From Pelagibacteraceae bacterium AG-349-E10 (GTDB taxonomy: Bacteria; Pseudomonadota; Alphaproteobacteria; HIMB59): 64,000 bases of DNA. Below the pieces are notes generated by a model. The model was not told the DNA's origin and did no database searches. It saw nothing but the letters and a program-made list of their open reading frames with translations. This document shows positions 20,481 through 29,706 of this stretch, piece by piece. The position numbers and the translations under genes were made by a program. Within the stretch, counting starts at the first letter, position 1; every line of letters begins with the position of its first letter. Location of the stretch: assembly GCA_003281065.1 (NCBI GenBank), contig QCDA01000003.1, positions 19,772-83,771 on the forward strand, written 5' to 3'.

Positions 20481-21597
20481 CGGAAAAGCAATAGATCTTC
20501 CAACGGAAGAGATAGTAATTAAACAGAAAACATTCCCAAGTTGTACACTTGGTGAATTAGCAGTTATGGATATTCCAAAACGAAAAGCGATCATTGATCC
20601 GTTGATCATGGAAGGTTCTTCAATGGAAATAAATGGTGGAACAGGAATAGGTAAGACTTGGTTTACTCTTGAAATGTTATGTTCAATTGCAACGGGTGAA
20701 AAGTTTTTAGGAAAGTATGAAATAACTAATCCCAGACCTGTCTTATACATTGACGGGGAAATGCCTTTCGACTCGATTAGAGATAGAGTTACTATGATAA
20801 TGGCTAGGTATATTTATAAATACCAAGTTTCTAAAATACCCATTCATTTCAGTAATCCTTTTCTCTTTGAAAACAATTTTATCCCTAAGATTAACGATAC
20901 AAAGATCACTCAAACACTAATCAAAGACCAGATAAAACGCATATCAGACATACATAGTAGCCCGATATTTGTATGTTTTGATAACTTATCGTGCCTTACA
21001 GACTACAAAGAAAACGATAATGATGATTGGACTTCAATGTTGGATATGTACACATTCTTAAAACATGAAGGTCATTCAATCTGTCATGTACACCATGTTG
21101 GTAAGGGTGGTCAGCAACGAGGAGCTAGTAGAAAACACGACGCTCTAGATACTGTGATACACCTTAAAAGACCAGAAGAGTATGACGCTTCTGAAGGAGC
21201 TGTATTCAATGTTAGGTTTGATAAGCATAGACACTTCGCGGGTGAGTACGCTAGAAGTTTTAAATGTGCTATCAAAGTTGATGATAACAACAAAGTTTCT
21301 TGGGATATATCAGACTATAAAGATGTAGCCTCTGAAGAATTATTGACTGCTTATTGTGAAGGACTCCCTGATATTACTTACACCAAACTAGAGGAAGAGT
21401 TTGGAATATCTAAGAGTACTATTGGAAGGACAATCAAACAATGTGTTAAGAATGGACTCTACAAAATTAAAATGGAAGAGATCTATGGAGACGAATGGTT
21501 GAACTACGATAAGTTGATTAACAAACAAACAAAGAAGGGAGTAGCACTATCAAATACAAAAGAACAAACAGAAACAACACAGGAAATGCCATTTTGA
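20470..21597 (+). CDS. RepA-like AAA (AAA_25/SF4-like) replicative helicase with C-terminal HTH
   Basis: GGTGIGKT Walker A, VLYIDGEM, FDNLS, HH..K....RGAS; C-terminal LEEEFGISKSTIGR HTH-like segment. Confidence 0.85.
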   Translation: MQTNGKAIDLPTEEIVIKQKTFPSCTLGELAVMDIPKRKAIIDPLIMEGSSMEINGGTGIGKTWFTLEMLCSIATGEKFLGKYEITNPRPVLYIDGEMPFDSIRDRVTMIMARYIYKYQVSKIPIHFSNPFLFENNFIPKINDTKITQTLIKDQIKRISDIHSSPIFVCFDNLSCLTDYKENDNDDWTSMLDMYTFLKHEGHSICHVHHVGKGGQQRGASRKHDALDTVIHLKRPEEYDASEGAVFNVRFDKHRHFAGEYARSFKCAIKVDDNNKVSWDISDYKDVASEELLTAYCEGLPDITYTKLEEEFGISKSTIGRTIKQCVKNGLYKIKMEEIYGDEWLNYDKLINKQTKKGVALSNTKEQTETTQEMPF

Positions 21598-21599
21598 GA

Positions 21600-21639
21600 T
21601 TTCCCAATCCCATACCCTATAGCTTTGGGAAATGGGAAA
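21600..21639. other. Putative replication-origin palindrome
   Basis: TTTCCCA-ATCCCA...CTATAG...TGGGA-AA-TGGGAAA immediately after the helicase stop; no U-tract on either strand. Confidence 0.5.
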
Positions 21640-21737
21640 AGCCAAAGAAGGTTATCTGTATTGCTTCAGAAATTAGAAAGTCACTTGAAGAGAGTGATGA
21701 AAGAGAACTACATAAACTATTTTGGAAGAGAGCATAA

Positions 21738-21923
21738 ATGGATCGTTACTTATCGGACTATGAAAAACTACTTCTTGAATACGAAAGGATTGAGTCAAAA
21801 CTTAATAGCCTTTTTATTCAGACTGATCTATCAGAGTCAGCTAGAAAGAAGTTAGAAATAAGTTTGAAGAGAAGATTAAAAACACTACTACCTGAACTAA
21901 GAAAAAAAGAAACAGAAGTTTAA
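21738..21923 (+). CDS. Small hypothetical protein (61 aa, coiled-coil-like)
   Basis: ATG preceded by purine-rich GGAAGAGAG; charged helical sequence. Confidence 0.55.
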   Translation: MDRYLSDYEKLLLEYERIESKLNSLFIQTDLSESARKKLEISLKRRLKTLLPELRKKETEV

Positions 21924-22433
21924 TATCGTTTCTAGTTCATTCGTGTCGTTACTTAAATTCTTCCAAATTTGATGAATTTAATGCGAAATTAATCGAAATA
22001 CTTCTCTATACAAATAAAATACTCTCTCTAAGAGGGGGTTATTAGGGTTATTTTGTTAATGTTTTCAATTGTTGATACGGAGTTCTTAGTAGTTTTTCCG
22101 TATTTCTCGCATGGAACTCTCGTAGGTAATGTAACCTTTTGTTACCCTGAAATGTTTACTTTTGTTAACTTTAAAAGCTACGCATAGGGGGGGTTCAAAA
22201 TTACTAGAAGGTACACTTTAATACATGTTTAACACGCATTTTTGAATCGTAGGGTACGAAGTAAATGCTACCCCCGTAACAAGTTAACATGAGGCTAACA
22301 CCATGCTCTATGATTCCTAAAACAGCGTTTCGCGGTGCATGATCCATGGTCAAATATCAATGGATATTCTGTTCACCAATATTGGAATATTTGAATCATT
22401 ATTTCGTAAAATGTGGTAGTGTTTCACTAGAAA

Positions 22434-22453
22434 GGTGAACACTTGGTGAGCAA
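22434..22453 (+). promoter_or_regulatory. Putative integrase arm-type sites on the right arm
   Basis: GGTGAACACTTGGTGAGCAA; inverted copy TGTTCACCA at 22370-22378. Confidence 0.65.
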
Positions 22454-22513
22454 CTCTTATGGGTGTTTAAAAAGGCTTGGTAATATAGGCTTAAAACAAC
22501 CTAGGATTCCTTA

Positions 22514-22757
22514 CTGTCACGCAGGAGGTCGCGGGTTCGAGTCCCGTCGCTCCCGCCACTTTTATAAGGGAGTGGGTTATATTTTTCCTAACTTTTTCAA
22601 TAGTTATCTGTTCAACAAAAAAACATTGAATCAATAAACCATGTCGTCTAATTCCATAAAATTTCATTATGTGGGTGAACGAGGGGTGAACGAGAACCCC
22701 CATGTACATTTAGACAATAACAATGGAAGTGATTTCAATGCAGAACAGATTTCCTTA
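22514..22757 (+). repeat. Right copy of 244-bp direct repeat (tRNA-Asp 3' half plus left arm of a second element)
   Basis: Starts at the anticodon loop CTGTCAC; 46 bp identical to the tRNA end, then a diverged copy of 16753-16950. Confidence 0.93.
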
Positions 22758-22870
22758 ACTTCTCTGGGAGAGAGCGTAAATAGATCGTTACATATCAAAC
22801 TACGAGAAACTTCTTAATGAATAAAAATAATAATCATTTTTAAGTCAATTAATGATTATTTTATCAAAAT

Positions 22871-25800
22871 TCATTTCTTTGTATCATGATTATTTTTTTT
22901 ATTGAAAAATATGAGCGGGCCTTCCCATTTTTCTTTATAAACTGAATGTGGATTGGCGGGAAAACCATTTAAATTACCTTTCTTATAGTTCAATGACCAT
23001 TCATTTAAAGATTTTATATTTAATTTATGAGCTAGTTTCTTAGCCTTATCATAGGAGAATTTTTTTTTATCAATAAAATATGTTTTTTTTCTGTTTAAAA
23101 ATTTATCAATTCCATCATATTCCTCATAATAATTTAAATTAGTCGGATATCCATTAAGAAGACCTTTTTTGTATAATCTTTCCCAATGTCTAGAAGATGT
23201 AATTTTGAGTTTTTTAGCAATTTTTTTGGCTTGGCCATATGAAAAAATAATCTTAGAGTTTTTATATCTTATTCCTAAATAGTCTTCCCAACTCACCCAA
23301 CCTTTATTTTTGTATGCAATATCAGCTCCACTAGGTAGTTTGGTGTGGATTATTTTAAGATTTTTTTTATTTTGATATGAAGATCTTGTTTTAAATCCAT
23401 GTTTTTGTACAAGTTTTTTTGCCTTTGCAAATGGAAGCCATCTATCATCTGATAATAACAATTGTGATTTTTTCCCTAAAAAGTCTACCCAACCTTTCCA
23501 CCCATTATCTTTATAAATACGTTGTGGAGATGATGGTAAATTCTTAATTATACCCTTTTCAATTAATTCTTTATATTCTGTGTTAGATCTAATTTTGAAC
23601 TTTGAAATAATTTTTTTTGCCTTTTCAAAGGGCATTTTTTTAATATCAAACTTATACAACTTTTTTGTTCCAAGGAAATCTGACCAGCTAGTCCACTCAC
23701 TATAGTGTTTATCTGGTCTCAAGATAAAATTGGATGGCAACTTTCGCTCAGTATATAGCTTGAACCACTCGTGTGATGAATTTATTTTCTGCTTTTGGGC
23801 GTAATTTGAGAGAATTTTATAGGGAGTTTTGATTTTTTCTTCATGTGGAATCCTGCCAAAAAAATTATCTGAGTTAATCCAACCTTTATTTTTGTAAGTT
23901 ATAAATGGATATATTGGTATTGGATTTAAAGATGTCGAGTTATGTTGAGCATATTTTTTCCATTCATCTAAGCTATTAATATTATTCTCATAAGCTAACT
24001 TTTTAGCATCCAAATACGAAAGCTTTGTATTTTTGGTATACTTTATATTCAAAAACACATCCCATCCCTCCCACTCAGAATAAATTCTATCTGGAGTTCT
24101 TGGTAAATCTTTAGGTAGTTGATTATTCATAAATTTCATAGAATATTCATCTGCAGACTTTAATTTTATGGATTGAATAAATTTTTTAGCTAGTTCATAT
24201 GATCTCCAGTTTCCAAAAGCTACCCTATCCCAAATTTTAAGATTAATAGCATTTTCAAATTTCTTGTGATCAACATCTTTGAGTTTTTTTATTTTTATCA
24301 ATCCATCAATGGGAGAACCGCCCCTAGGAATATTGCCAGTTTCAAGCATTCTTAAATGATCAATTATTCTGCTATCTTGAGCCGCTAAAGCTTTTAAAGT
24401 AATTATTATTTCTCTAAAAGAATTATCCTTTTCAATTTGTTGAATATCTGAATTTTTAGGAATTATTATTGGAAGTAGTATGTATCCATATTTTTTTCCT
24501 TTTGATAGCCTCAACGCTCTTCCCGCTGCTTGAACAATATCTACTCTACTTTGTTTAGGGTCAGTGAAAACAACGCAATCAATTGCGGGTAAATCAACAC
24601 CTTCAGTTAAGCACCTAGCATTTGTCATAATACCTTTATGATTAGCAAATTCTCTCATTTGGAAAGTTCTTTTATTTGTTGGCATTTCACCAGAAACATG
24701 AAAGGTATTTAATTTTCCTAAATTTTCATCAAGTTCATTTATAATCATTTGTTGAACACTGAAACTCTCGGCTCTTTTGATTGATCTATGAAATGATATT
24801 GCATTTTTAATACTTAGTTTTTTGATAGCTTTTCTCAAAGCTAGAGCAGTTGCAAATTCTCTTGCAGTAATATTTTTTAGTTTATCCTTTATTTTTATGT
24901 ATTTGTTTTTTTGATATAGCTCATCTATTTCTGCTTCTTCAATATTAAAAGTTATAACTTTGTAATCAGAGATGATGGGTGGTTTCATTTCGATAGCTTC
25001 TTTAAAACTAAGAAAATAAATTATTTTTCCATAAATTCTTTCATCATCCATAGAAAAATAATCATCTTTATCGCCTCTAAAAACTCTTTCAGTAGCAGTC
25101 ATGAAAACTCTTTTTTTAATTCTAATATTCTTTTCATCTAGCAGATGAGCCATAAACTTTTCTTTTTGACCAACGGTTTTATGAGCTTCATCCATTATTC
25201 CCAGATCATAGCTATGGCCTTTTGAACCTAAAGAAGTAACCATTCCACTTTGATATGTTGTGAAAATAATTTTTGGGTTTTTACTTCTTTTTTTTAAAAA
25301 ACCTCTAATTTCATTACTGTCAGTTGTTACTCTAATTCCTATATCTGAGACATTTGTAATAAAATCATCTTGGTCTTTACTAACAGTTTTATCACTGCAA
25401 ACACAGAGCCATTCAGGCTTTACTCCATTAGCAAAATATTCTCTTGTCCATACTTTCAATGTTTGCTGAAGTAATGCTAAACTAGGTACTGCTACTAAAA
25501 TTGATTTAGATTTTAGCTCTTTAGATATCCAAAAAGCAGTCAAGCTTTTGCCTGTACCACAAGGCATAATGATCTTACCTCTATCGTTATTTAAAAAAAA
25601 TTTTGATGTTTCTTTTATTGCCTTTATTTGATGTTTTTTGGGCTTGAGAGGAGTAAATTTAAGATTTTTGTTATTGATTTTTGATAAAAGGTTTTTCCAA
25701 CCCTCATAATTATCATCATCTAATTTGAGAAAAGTTTCTAAAGTTTCGAAACCAACTTTGTCAATATATTTTACTTTTTTAGGTGGTTTTTGAACTGTGG

Positions 25801-26194
25801 TAAATACAATTCCGTGTTCAATATTTTTGCAATAATTAAAACTTAAGTCTGTAAAACTAGTTAAATCATTTCGTGTTAAGTTAGTATTATCTCCAGATCT
25901 ATATTTTGCTTGAATTGACCAAATTTTATCCTCACTAGTGATTGCAATTAAATCAATACCCTCATCTGAGATTGGCAAGTTTATTTTTAATCTTATCCGT
26001 TCCGGAACTTCATCTAAAAGATAAACTTCTTTTATTTTTGAAATATATTCAGGCGATGACTTAAGGTAATATTTAATAATATTTTCAAAAATATAACCTG
26101 CTTCTTTAGTTTTATTATTTCTAGTTAATTTTGATAAATTTAAGTCTATCTCCTTCCAAGATTTAGAGTTTTTTATGTAAGTATTTTCAATCAT
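22871..26194 (-). CDS. Mrr-like nuclease + SF2 (DEAH) helicase + seven C-terminal ~60-aa tandem repeats; candidate defence protein
   Basis: DEGIDL..IQAKY PD-(D/E)xK-type motif; MPCGTGKS, DEAH, MTAT, LTEGVDLP, QAAGRALR; repeats from about aa 663 (nt 24208) to the end. Confidence 0.85.
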   Translation of the reverse strand: MIENTYIKNSKSWKEIDLNLSKLTRNNKTKEAGYIFENIIKYYLKSSPEYISKIKEVYLLDEVPERIRLKINLPISDEGIDLIAITSEDKIWSIQAKYRSGDNTNLTRNDLTSFTDLSFNYCKNIEHGIVFTTVQKPPKKVKYIDKVGFETLETFLKLDDDNYEGWKNLLSKINNKNLKFTPLKPKKHQIKAIKETSKFFLNNDRGKIIMPCGTGKSLTAFWISKELKSKSILVAVPSLALLQQTLKVWTREYFANGVKPEWLCVCSDKTVSKDQDDFITNVSDIGIRVTTDSNEIRGFLKKRSKNPKIIFTTYQSGMVTSLGSKGHSYDLGIMDEAHKTVGQKEKFMAHLLDEKNIRIKKRVFMTATERVFRGDKDDYFSMDDERIYGKIIYFLSFKEAIEMKPPIISDYKVITFNIEEAEIDELYQKNKYIKIKDKLKNITAREFATALALRKAIKKLSIKNAISFHRSIKRAESFSVQQMIINELDENLGKLNTFHVSGEMPTNKRTFQMREFANHKGIMTNARCLTEGVDLPAIDCVVFTDPKQSRVDIVQAAGRALRLSKGKKYGYILLPIIIPKNSDIQQIEKDNSFREIIITLKALAAQDSRIIDHLRMLETGNIPRGGSPIDGLIKIKKLKDVDHKKFENAINLKIWDRVAFGNWRSYELAKKFIQSIKLKSADEYSMKFMNNQLPKDLPRTPDRIYSEWEGWDVFLNIKYTKNTKLSYLDAKKLAYENNINSLDEWKKYAQHNSTSLNPIPIYPFITYKNKGWINSDNFFGRIPHEEKIKTPYKILSNYAQKQKINSSHEWFKLYTERKLPSNFILRPDKHYSEWTSWSDFLGTKKLYKFDIKKMPFEKAKKIISKFKIRSNTEYKELIEKGIIKNLPSSPQRIYKDNGWKGWVDFLGKKSQLLLSDDRWLPFAKAKKLVQKHGFKTRSSYQNKKNLKIIHTKLPSGADIAYKNKGWVSWEDYLGIRYKNSKIIFSYGQAKKIAKKLKITSSRHWERLYKKGLLNGYPTNLNYYEEYDGIDKFLNRKKTYFIDKKKFSYDKAKKLAHKLNIKSLNEWSLNYKKGNLNGFPANPHSVYKEKWEGPLIFFNKKNNHDTKK

Positions 26195-26485
26195 GAATCA
26201 GATGGTTCTTCCTTCCAAATACACCTCAATTTATCTAATATTTCAAAAAATTCATGAGATGTATTAAATTATATTTGTAAAATTGAACTAAATTTAAACT
26301 AAGAATATTATCCTTTTATTAATTAGGTTATTTATAAAATAATATTAACAGAATTCCTTACTCATATAGCAAATCCACACATAAAATTGTAATATTTGTG
26401 TGTATAGTAAATGCGTCACTTTTATCGTCACTAAATACTTATTGTTTCTTATAATGTATTGCGTTACGGAAAATCAAAATTTTTA

Positions 26486-26845
26486 ATGTATAACCTAGAT
26501 TATATTTTCATAATGATATTCATCGTTATTGGAGCTGGAATGGCAATTGCTATGTATTTGCTCTCCAAAATATTATCACCTAGTTCCCCTGATGCTGAAA
26601 AACTATCAGCATATGAATGTGGTTTCGAGGCCTTTGATGATGCTCGATCAAAATTTGACGTTAAGTTTTATTTAGTATCAATACTATTTATTATATTTGA
26701 TTTAGAGATTGCGTTTTTATTTCCTTGGGCCGTGAGTCTTAGCAACATTGGTGCTCTGGGTTTTTATTCAATGATGTTTTTTTTATTTATCCTCACAGTA
26801 GGATTTATATATGAATGGAAAAATGGAGCACTAGATTGGGAGTAA
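26486..26845 (+). CDS. nuoA: NADH-quinone oxidoreductase subunit A
   Basis: YECGF, FDLE..FLFPW, EW..GALDW; start set at ATG 26486. Confidence 0.95.
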   Translation: MYNLDYIFIMIFIVIGAGMAIAMYLLSKILSPSSPDAEKLSAYECGFEAFDDARSKFDVKFYLVSILFIIFDLEIAFLFPWAVSLSNIGALGFYSMMFFLFILTVGFIYEWKNGALDWE

Positions 26846-27345
26846 TTTTAGAAAAAGAAAAATCATTAAATATTGATGAGCTATTTGAAAAAAAAGGATT
26901 TGTAACAGCTTCATTTGAAAATTTAATTAATTGGGCGAGGTCAGGATCATTATGGCCTATGACTTTCGGTTTAGCGTGTTGTGGAGTTGAGATGATGCAC
27001 TCCTATATGAGTAGATACGATCTAGATCGTCTAGGTGTAATTCCAAGAGGCTCACCAAGACAATCAGATGTAATGATTGTTGCGGGAACTCTTACAAACA
27101 AAATGGCATCTGCTTTGAGAAAAGTTTACGATCAAATGCCTGAACCAAGATGGGTAATATCTATGGGCTCTTGTGCTAATGGAGGAGGATATTATCATTA
27201 CTCTTACTCTGTTGTTCGAGGATGCGATAGGATAGTGCCTGTAGATATTTATGTCCCCGGATGTCCACCTACCGCAGAAGCTCTTTTGTACGGCATTATG
27301 CAACTTCAAGATAAAATAAAAAAGAAAAAGAAGATTTATAGGTAA
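26836..27345 (+). CDS. nuoB: NADH-quinone oxidoreductase subunit B
   Basis: [23 protein letters not shown]; probable TTG start at 26836. Confidence 0.96.
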   Translation: MGVILEKEKSLNIDELFEKKGFVTASFENLINWARSGSLWPMTFGLACCGVEMMHSYMSRYDLDRLGVIPRGSPRQSDVMIVAGTLTNKMASALRKVYDQMPEPRWVISMGSCANGGGYYHYSYSVVRGCDRIVPVDIYVPGCPPTAEALLYGIMQLQDKIKKKKKIYR

Positions 27346-27350
27346 ATTTC

Positions 27351-27947
27351 TTGTCCCCAAATATTTTACAGAAATATTCAACCGGTAACTTCCATTTTCC
27401 AATAAAATCTGGAATAGACAATATTTTAGTTAACAAAGACTCCATACTAGAAGTAACACAAAAAATTAAAGAAGACGAAGATCTACTCTATGACCAGTTA
27501 ATTGATATTACTGTAACTGATAATATGCTATCTAAATCAAGTTATTCAAACGAGCGATTTACTCTAATCTACTCCTTTCTTAGTTTAAAATTTAATAAAA
27601 GATTATTTATTTTCACTAATATTTCCGAAGATAATTTAGATATTAATTCAATAACTCAAATTTTTGAGTCTGCTGATTGGTTTGAGAGAGAGTGTTACGA
27701 TCTTTTTGGTATAAACTTTGTTAACCACCCAAATCTTCAAAGAATAATGAATGACTATAACTTTCAAGGTCACCCTCTCAGAAAAGACTTTCCTCTGACG
27801 GGTTATGAGGAGGTTCGTTACGATGAAAACTTAAAAAAAGTTGTTTATGAACCAGTGACTTTAAAACAGGAGTTTCGAGATTTTGACAATGAAAGTCCTT
27901 GGGAGGGAATGAAAGAGACAATCAAAGAGGAGCTTGAAAAAAAGTAA
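27351..27947 (+). CDS. nuoC: NADH-quinone oxidoreductase subunit C
   Basis: [20 protein letters not shown]. Confidence 0.93.
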   Translation: MSPNILQKYSTGNFHFPIKSGIDNILVNKDSILEVTQKIKEDEDLLYDQLIDITVTDNMLSKSSYSNERFTLIYSFLSLKFNKRLFIFTNISEDNLDINSITQIFESADWFERECYDLFGINFVNHPNLQRIMNDYNFQGHPLRKDFPLTGYEEVRYDENLKKVVYEPVTLKQEFRDFDNESPWEGMKETIKEELEKK

Positions 27948-29122
27948 TGTCAGAGAATTTTAAACCTGTAACTCTTAACTTTGGACCCCAACATCCTGCT
28001 GCTCATGGAGTTCTTAGGCTACTTGTACAATTAGAAGGGGAGGTAGTTAATAAAGCCGAACCTCACATTGGACTTTTGCATAGAGGAACTGAAAAATTAA
28101 TTGAACAAAAAACATATACTCAAGCTATTCCATATTTTGATCGTCTTGATTATGTCTCACCAATGTGTCAAGAACATGCCTTTGCTTTAGCTGTTGAGAA
28201 TTTATTAAATATTGAAGCTCCTAAACGAGCTCAATATATCAGAGTTATGTTTGCAGAAGTTACTAGGATACTAAATCATTTATTAAATATTCCAGCATTT
28301 GCTATGGATATAGGTGCTGCTACTCCAATGCTGTGGGCTTTTGAAGAAAGAGAAAAAATGTTGGAGTTCCATGAAGCTGTATCTGGTGCAAGATTTCATG
28401 CAGCTTATTTTCGACCTGGTGGAGTTCACCAAGACTTGCCTGAAAATTTGTTAGAAAAAATGAAAAAGTATTTTACTAACTTTCCTAAATTTATAGATAC
28501 GCTTGAAGAACTACTTACTGAGAATAGAATATTTAAACAACGATCTGTTGATATAGGTATTTTAAAGAAAGACGATGCAATAAGACTAAGTTGCAGTGGC
28601 CCTGTTCTTCGTGCTAGTGGAGTAGCTTGGGATTTAAGAAAATCTCAACCTTATGATGTTTATGATGATTTAGATTTCGACATACCAGTTGGAAAAACTG
28701 GTGACACCTATGATAGATATTTGGTGAGAATGGAAGAGATGAGAGAGTCAGTTAAGATAATCTTACAATGTATTGAAAATATTCCAGAAGGACCCGTAAT
28801 GGTTGAGAATAATAAAATTACTCCACCTAAGAGATCAGAAATGAAAAATTCAATGGAAGCTATTATTCATCATTTTAAATTATTTACCGAGGGTTATAGG
28901 GTTCCTGAAGGTATCACATACAAAAGCGTAGAGGCACCAAAAGGAGAATTTGGTGTTGTATTAGTTTCAGATGGAAGTTCCAAACCATATCGATGCAAGT
29001 TGAGAGCACCAGGCTTTGTCCATTTACAGGCACTACATTTTTTATCAAAGGGCCACCAACTAGCTGACGTACCATCAATTTTAGGAAGCCTAGACATAGT
29101 ATTTGGAGAGGTAGACAGATGA
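27947..29122 (+). CDS. nuoD: NADH-quinone oxidoreductase subunit D
   Basis: [29 protein letters not shown]. Confidence 0.97.
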   Translation: MSENFKPVTLNFGPQHPAAHGVLRLLVQLEGEVVNKAEPHIGLLHRGTEKLIEQKTYTQAIPYFDRLDYVSPMCQEHAFALAVENLLNIEAPKRAQYIRVMFAEVTRILNHLLNIPAFAMDIGAATPMLWAFEEREKMLEFHEAVSGARFHAAYFRPGGVHQDLPENLLEKMKKYFTNFPKFIDTLEELLTENRIFKQRSVDIGILKKDDAIRLSCSGPVLRASGVAWDLRKSQPYDVYDDLDFDIPVGKTGDTYDRYLVRMEEMRESVKIILQCIENIPEGPVMVENNKITPPKRSEMKNSMEAIIHHFKLFTEGYRVPEGITYKSVEAPKGEFGVVLVSDGSSKPYRCKLRAPGFVHLQALHFLSKGHQLADVPSILGSLDIVFGEVDR

Positions 29123-29706
29123 GCGGCAATCATCCAGGTTTATCAAATAATTTTTCTAGATCGGGCGAAAAATTTTCTTGGTCTAAAGATAATCTGAGGT
29201 CAATTAAAAATATAATTTCTAAATATCCTAAAGGCAGAGAACAAAGCGCAGTTATGCCTCTTCTCTATCTGGCTCAAGAGCAAAACAATAATTGGATAAG
29301 TATCGAATGTATAGAAACAATCGCTGAAACATTAAATATGCCTAAAATAAGAGTCACAGAAGTGGCCTCATTTTATTCAATGTATAATACTAGACCTGTT
29401 GGAGAAAATCTTGTTCAGATTTGTAGAACCTCTCCTTGTTGGCTTAGAGGTTCAAATAAGATTACAAAAACTATTTGTAGGGAAACAAAATGTGAAATTA
29501 ATGATACCAGTGATGATAATAAATTTACAGTTGTTGAAGTAGAGTGTTTAGGTGCTTGCTCAAATGGACCTATGATACAAATCAATAATGATTTCTTTGA
29601 GGATTTAGATGAAGAGTCTACAAAAAAAATTATAGACAATATTAAAGAGGGAAAACCAAATGTCATTGGCTCTCAAAAAGGTAGGAGAAGTTCAGAAAAT
29701 GCTTAA
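29119..29706 (+). CDS. nuoE: NADH-quinone oxidoreductase subunit E
   Basis: C....C and ECLGAC [2Fe-2S] ligands. Confidence 0.95.
   Translation: MSGNHPGLSNNFSRSGEKFSWSKDNLRSIKNIISKYPKGREQSAVMPLLYLAQEQNNNWISIECIETIAETLNMPKIRVTEVASFYSMYNTRPVGENLVQICRTSPCWLRGSNKITKTICRETKCEINDTSDDNKFTVVEVECLGACSNGPMIQINNDFFEDLDEESTKKIIDNIKEGKPNVIGSQKGRRSSENA

Larger units (their letters stand above)
16707..22559. mobile_element. Integrative satellite-like element at tRNA-Asp (unit length 5,807 bp)
   Basis: Identical 46-bp tRNA-Asp 3' segments at 16707-16752 and 22514-22559 flank integrase, HTH, primase and helicase genes; interrupts hupB-tRNA-nuoA synteny. Confidence 0.9.
22514..26458. mobile_element. Remnant of a second, older tRNA-Asp island lacking integrase and right att; right boundary uncertain
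   Basis: Homologous left arm ends abruptly at 22757; followed by one accessory gene; no third tRNA fragment seen before nuoA. Confidence 0.6.

Noticed and set aside
21625-21855. 76-aa ORF after the helicase
   Set aside because: TTG start lies inside the ori-like palindrome and it overlaps the better-supported 21738-21923 ORF
22514-22559. Second tRNA-Asp gene
   Set aside because: Only the anticodon loop through CCA is present; it is an att duplication
22871-24208. CRISPR array or DNA-level tandem repeat
   Set aside because: The periodicity is at the protein level only; no identical nucleotide repeat-spacer structure and no cas genes anywhere in the window
16707-26458. Full prophage or ICE
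   Set aside because: No recognisable structural, lysis, terminase, relaxase or T4SS genes
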